Source: Entomortierella parvispora E1425 (lineage: Eukaryota > Fungi > Mortierellomycota). Taken from it: a DNA stretch of 64,000 nucleotides. The notes beneath the pieces were generated by a model. The model worked only from the letters and a program-made list of their open reading frames with translations. It had not been told where the DNA came from and ran no database searches. Within the stretch, counting starts at the first letter, position 1. Each line of letters begins with the position of its first letter. The position numbers and the translations under genes are program-made. Below are positions 59,121 to 64,000 of the stretch, one piece after another. Where the stretch lies: positions 1,612,001 to 1,676,000 of the forward strand of contig BQFW01000003.1 of the NCBI GenBank assembly GCA_020891255.1, written 5' to 3'.

Positions 59121-59970
59121 TATGGGCACTTGAGACCACATGCAGTACCACATCACATCTTGAGAATTCAGATAAGAAGAGAAACAAAAAAAAATCGCAA
59201 GATCAAGAGCAACATCGTTTTGAACTCGTAACTGCCCCTAGTCACAAGCCTCTTATCAGCGGTATCAACTTGTCCTCCTGCACCCTTCCCTTTTTCTTGA
59301 CTAAATTCTATGCATCTCTTTTTTTTTCTTTGTGTGTCTGTGTGTGCGTCGCGAACCCCTGGACCCCCTCACTTCGCTTTTGCTGTATCTGCGTATCTTT
59401 GTGTCCCCCAGGATCCCTCCTTTGTTTCCTACCCTGTGCTATTTATGTATTCTGTACTCGAGGTCTCTTGTCATCCTGTTTTGTATCCGCCTACTTAAAC
59501 AGGTCGAATCTGCTTCGAATCCTGCACGGAAACACAGCACCTTCCACCTCAAGACTTATCACAACTCTGGCCGCAACGCTCAGAGACACAATTCGAAATC
59601 TCTAAGCACACTCTTTTGTTACACCACAGCGAGGCCAGCCCCCGCATCAAAACGTCCACGTCCACGTTGTGCAGAAGTACCATTTTGCTTTTGGTAAGTC
59701 CCCTCAAGCTAGCTGCCCCACCATGTTAATTGACATCACCATTGTCTGATCGGACAAACCTTCTGCTCTACGCATCCTCTAGTACAAGTGCCCCCTCCTC
59801 CGCAGATCCATTCTTGGTCAACAAACTTAAACAGCCCACAAGCCTGACTCATCGCTTTCAACTGGTAAAGCTAAGATGGCCCTTTTGATGATTTGCTTCA
59901 TCTTGCAATGAAAGTGCATCAACTCACAAACTCTAGTTTATATTCTACTCGCGGATAACAATAGGGCACC

Positions 59971-61449
59971 ATGCATGTCATGTTTTTTCTGGCACTCCAA
60001 GTGCTGTCTCTGGCCATTTTGACGGTGTCTGGGCAGCCTGACCTATACAAGGAAATGCACGAGCAGGATCCTGTTTTAAAGTTGGTGGTCCCTTCTCCAG
60101 CTAGTCAAGTGATTCATCCAGGAACATTGCGGGATCAAGCTATGGAAGAGGTTTGCAAACTGCCATCTTGCACTCCTGACACTAATGCCAGCACCCAAGC
60201 CCATACATTCGCAACTGTGGGAATCGATACCGGATCCATGATGTGGGAAAATGTCACAGGGCAAGTCCTTGGATGTTGTCTGCCTCCCAACTCATCGAGT
60301 GCACCTCCTAGCTCTGAGATCTGCGGTATGTCTTGCACGCGTTTTGACTCGCAGTTACCACAGCAACCAAGGCAAGAGATTCCTGCTTTGCGCATCGCAG
60401 TCATTGCCCCTCCACATGAGGCAGTTCCACCCAAACTTTATGGCGGCACGGAACGCGTCGTTTCCTATTTGACCGAGGCTTTAGTGGAGCTGGGACATGA
60501 GGTCACCCTCTTCGCCAGTGGAGATTCGCAGACGAAAGCGACACTTCGAGCAACATGGCCGCACGCCCTGCGCTTAGATCCTTCGGTGCGCGATGCACTG
60601 GCGCCGGTCTTGTTAATACTCGAAGAGGTCTACCAAGTAGCAGACCAATTCGACGTATTGCATTTCCATTTGGATTATCTGCCGTTCTCTTTGTTCTCTC
60701 GCTCTCCAGTGCCCTTTTTGAATACTTTCCATGGACGACTCGATTTACCCGAATTGCAGCCGGTCTTCAATAAGTTCCCGCATGCACCGGTGACTTCTAT
60801 TTCAGATTCGCAACGCTCACCGATACCTCAAGCAAATTGGATGAGGACTGTGTACCACGGCCTCCCCGTGGACTTGCTGACACCACGACTGGACATTCAA
60901 CCCGAGTACCTGGCTTTCTTGGGCCGTATCTGTCCGGAAAAGGGCGTCGACAGGGCCATTCGTATCGCGGCACAATCGGGCCTGCCGCTCAAAATCGCTG
61001 CCAAAGTGGACAAAGCCGACGTGGAGTATTTTGAAACCATGATCAAGCCGTTGCTCGGGCAGGCCCATGTGGAGTTTATTGGCGAGATCAACGAAGCCCA
61101 GAAGCCGGCTTTCTTGTCAGGCGCCAAGGCCTTGCTGTTCCCGATCAATTGGCCCGAGCCTTTTGGTCTCGTCATGATCGAGGCCATGGCGTGCGGCACG
61201 CCTGTGATCGCGTTTAACCGTGGCTCGGTCCCGGAAATCATCGAACACGGGGTGACAGGGTTCATTGTCGAGGATGAACAAGGGGCCATCGGCGCAGTCG
61301 ACCGGATCGAGGGATTGTCACGCAGTGAGATTCGCACGCAGTTCGAGCAACGTTTTAGCGCGCACACGATGGCCAACCACTATCTGGATTTATATCAAAC
61401 TGTGATCCAGCAGAAGCAACATTCGAATTCGCGTCACGTAGTTGGATAG
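59971..61449 (+). CDS. GT4 (GT-B) glycosyltransferase of bacterial type with N-terminal signal peptide and Cys-rich extension
   Basis: RIAVIAPPHEAVPPKLYGGTERVVSYL, LAFLGRICPEKG, WPEPFGLVMIEAMACGTPV. 492-aa uninterrupted ORF. Hydrophobic N-terminus. Confidence 0.92.
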   Translation: MHVMFFLALQVLSLAILTVSGQPDLYKEMHEQDPVLKLVVPSPASQVIHPGTLRDQAMEEVCKLPSCTPDTNASTQAHTFATVGIDTGSMMWENVTGQVLGCCLPPNSSSAPPSSEICGMSCTRFDSQLPQQPRQEIPALRIAVIAPPHEAVPPKLYGGTERVVSYLTEALVELGHEVTLFASGDSQTKATLRATWPHALRLDPSVRDALAPVLLILEEVYQVADQFDVLHFHLDYLPFSLFSRSPVPFLNTFHGRLDLPELQPVFNKFPHAPVTSISDSQRSPIPQANWMRTVYHGLPVDLLTPRLDIQPEYLAFLGRICPEKGVDRAIRIAAQSGLPLKIAAKVDKADVEYFETMIKPLLGQAHVEFIGEINEAQKPAFLSGAKALLFPINWPEPFGLVMIEAMACGTPVIAFNRGSVPEIIEHGVTGFIVEDEQGAIGAVDRIEGLSRSEIRTQFEQRFSAHTMANHYLDLYQTVIQQKQHSNSRHVVG

Positions 61450-61717
61450 TTTTCATTCTTCTAAATAAAAAAAAACTAATTTGACTCACTCCTCCATTGG
61501 CACGTTTTGTTGGTTGCTGGAACGGCCAACATTGTTGATGGCAACCTTTGTATTTTCTTGCAAGTTAAGGAATTCTTCTTTATTGTCCAAGAACATTTGT
61601 AAGATCCAATCCTTGCTCCGGTTGGTGTATCCTTGTTTTTCGGCCACTGACTAGATGTTGTAAACTCTCCATAGCTACGTGTTGGTATGTGTTGTATTGT
61701 TGTTGTGTTTGTTCCTT

Positions 61718-63107
61718 TTAAGCAGAGCGGTTATCGAAGGGCTTGCGGTACTCGATCCTCTCGACCTTGACCTCTCCTTCGATCAATTGATATACATAAA
61801 GAACCACGACCGATCCCTGCAAGTCCATCAACACAAACGAAGGCGTCACGTCCCTAATCACAAAGAAGAGGGACCCCATGTTAGTAACGAGTAAAATTTA
61901 AGGCAAGCGAGAAGAAGAAGAAAAAAGAACATACTCAATTTGTGGGTGGAAGGCTCCTGTAGCGGATCCAGGGTTGACAAAGAACTTGCCCTCATGTTCA
62001 AAGGCCTCAAACTTGTGTGTATGTCCAGTCAACAAGATGTCGACATCCATCTGACGGGCTGTGATGTTGAGAGCCTCGGTATCGCCCCAAGGGATCACCT
62101 GGTGTCCATGCACAACGCCAATTCGGATCGGTCCATGTGTGATGATCTTTGAAAGAGGCCAGGAAGGGTTCTGGAAAAGAAAGGGGATGTGGCAAAAAGA
62201 AGGAAATGGGAAGACATATTAGAACATGAAAACAGAAAACGAGTCATCGACAACCAAGAACAGAGAGTCATGTGGACCATCAGCCTCTGAGAAGAAGAAA
62301 AGATGGGGGACGAAGCGAAGGGTCACGGTCATTACCTGGTCATAGTCTCCACGAACAACCTGGATATCGCCAGCGACAGATCTCAAATAGTCAAATGTTT
62401 CCTTGTCGCACACGTTTCCTGTAGAGATGATTTGTTGAATCTTTCCCGGAACCTAGTTGAGCGATTGAACAAAAAGACAAAAAGACAAAAAGACAATCCG
62501 CGTTTCGGAAAAAAAAAAGTCAGGAACTGCTTTGACCATATTTTCTTTCTTCTAGAGAGGTCCATGTCGAACAAAAAGTGTTTCCTTGCAGAAAATGACT
62601 CCTGGAATCGTGGGAGGAGAAAGCAGCCGAGCCTCTTCTTTTCGGGCTGTGGCGATAAAGAGTCACTCTGAACCATCCTACAAGAGGAGACAGGGATCTT
62701 TCAACATAGGGCTATCTCCTGCAAGATGTTTCTCCTCAAAAAGATCCTGAATGGCCACGCTGTTCTCTATGCTGTCAAGATGAAGCGGTACGGTTTGCAG
62801 AGGTATATTTTTTTGTCCACAAGGTAGTGTCGCTTGTCCTTTATCCCGCCGTTGCTCTGGCAGGTGCGAGTCCATGAAAAAGAGTTTCGATACAACCACC
62901 TTAAGAGGTAATGGGATAAGAAAGAAAGCAAACATACAAGCAGCTTCTTGAACTTGAGAGGCAAGTCATGAGCCCTGTTGGGAATGTGAAGGTCGCCTAT
63001 TACTAGAACTAGCTGATGCCATGAATGAAACAAGTTTTGTTAGAGATGCGGTTCAGACCAGAAGCAAGCAAGCATCAGATATACTCATAGACAGCAAGGG
63101 TTACCAT
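61718..63107 (-). CDS. VPS29: Retromer subunit Vps29
   Basis: ATG-only exon (63107-63105), [40 protein letters not shown]...VYVYQL...VKVERIEY. Four GT-AG introns. Confidence 0.95.
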
Positions 63108-63572
63108 GATGGAGTGATGGAGTCAGGTGCAATGTGTGTTGAAGAGGGGGAGAGAGAAGTAAAGAAGAAGAAGACGGGATGCGCCCAGGGACAGCCAACG
63201 TGCCATGTCGTCAACCTTTCTGGCCGCTGGGGGTCGATTCACAGTCACCACAGGGAACGAACGAACGAACGTGTCGTGTGAATGGTGAAGAGGGTCTTAA
63301 GGGGTGCTGCGAATGGAAGATATCTTGGCATGTTGCCACCAATCTAAAACGGAAGGTGTTGTCAATGAGGGAGGATCCCGACTTTGTTTATTGTGCAGTG
63401 GTGTGCTTGCTTGTTTGTTTGTGCGTGTGTGCATGGTGTCTTGGTTTTTTTGAATATAAAACAACTATTTATATAGCTAACTTTTTCTCCTTTTGTTATT
63501 CGCTCGCCGTGCGTGAATGGCTCTTTCTTGCAATATGATTTCAGAGTATGGAGGGTCCCGGGTAGAAACACC

Positions 63573-64000
63573 TTATTTCTCTACCTTGCGACCTCCTTTG
63601 GCAGGTATTGACTGTTGCTGCTGCTGTTGTTGTTGTTGCTGTTGTTGTTGTTGCGCGTTCTGTCCTTGCCAGTAATTGCCATCGTTGTATTGAGGACCGC
63701 CGTTGGGATAGTGAAGTGGCATGTTGGAATAATAAGATGCTGGCAATGGGATATGGCTGTAAGGTGGTGGGTAGGTGGGCACACTCATCGCCGACGACGA
63801 CCCATAGCCGCCTCCTGGACCAGACTGCCCTGGCACTGGCTGACCTTGCTGCTGCTGCTGCTGTGGTGGCTGTTGTTGTTGTTGATACGCCTGACTGTGG
63901 TGCGCGGGCGACGACTGACCCGAAGCTGCCGCAGATCGCTCTTCTTGATGATGGTCCACCGAAGGAGAGGCTTCTCTTGATTCAGATCTTTCTCCGCCAG
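63573..64000 (-). CDS. 3' end of a Gln-rich protein gene cut by the window edge
   Basis: The frame is open from the window end through poly-Q tracts to the stop at 63573. The listed M is a GTG. Confidence 0.6.
   Translation of the reverse strand, partial: GGERSESREASPSVDHHQEERSAAASGQSSPAHHSQAYQQQQQPPQQQQQQGQPVPGQSGPGGGYGSSSAMSVPTYPPPYSHIPLPASYYSNMPLHYPNGGPQYNDGNYWQGQNAQQQQQQQQQQQQQQSIPAKGGRKVEK

Overview
Intron-rich fungal chromosomal segment, probably Mortierellaceae (inferred from gene style and a Mortierella-type WD40 relic). Core genes (REX1/RNH70-like exonuclease, PDI, RPP2, eIF2-beta, RPB1 x2, POL2, VPS29) alternate with accessory or mobile DNA. Main structures: (1) a ~17.6-kb imperfect palindrome (~24.5-42.1 kb) with two divergently transcribed RPB1 genes, almost identical from ATG to stop including introns but with different promoters and diverged 3' UTRs; the 4.5-kb spacer holds an older diverged inverted paralog pair and a decayed TnpB/Fanzor-like RuvC fragment. 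(2) A 9.8-kb Mutator-like element (217-bp TIRs, 9-bp TSD) encoding a FAR1-MULE-SWIM transposase, an Ulp1-like protease and extra ORFs. (3) A PDI with a triplicated C-terminal thioredoxin domain. (4) A single-domain secreted thyroglobulin type-1 protein, a fold known mainly from animals, next to a tandem pair of Cys-rich secreted peptides. (5) A bacterial-type GT4 glycosyltransferase fused to a secretion signal. Several single-base frameshifts fall in homopolymers and may be assembly errors. All identifications come from motif recognition and by-eye comparison; no database searches were run.
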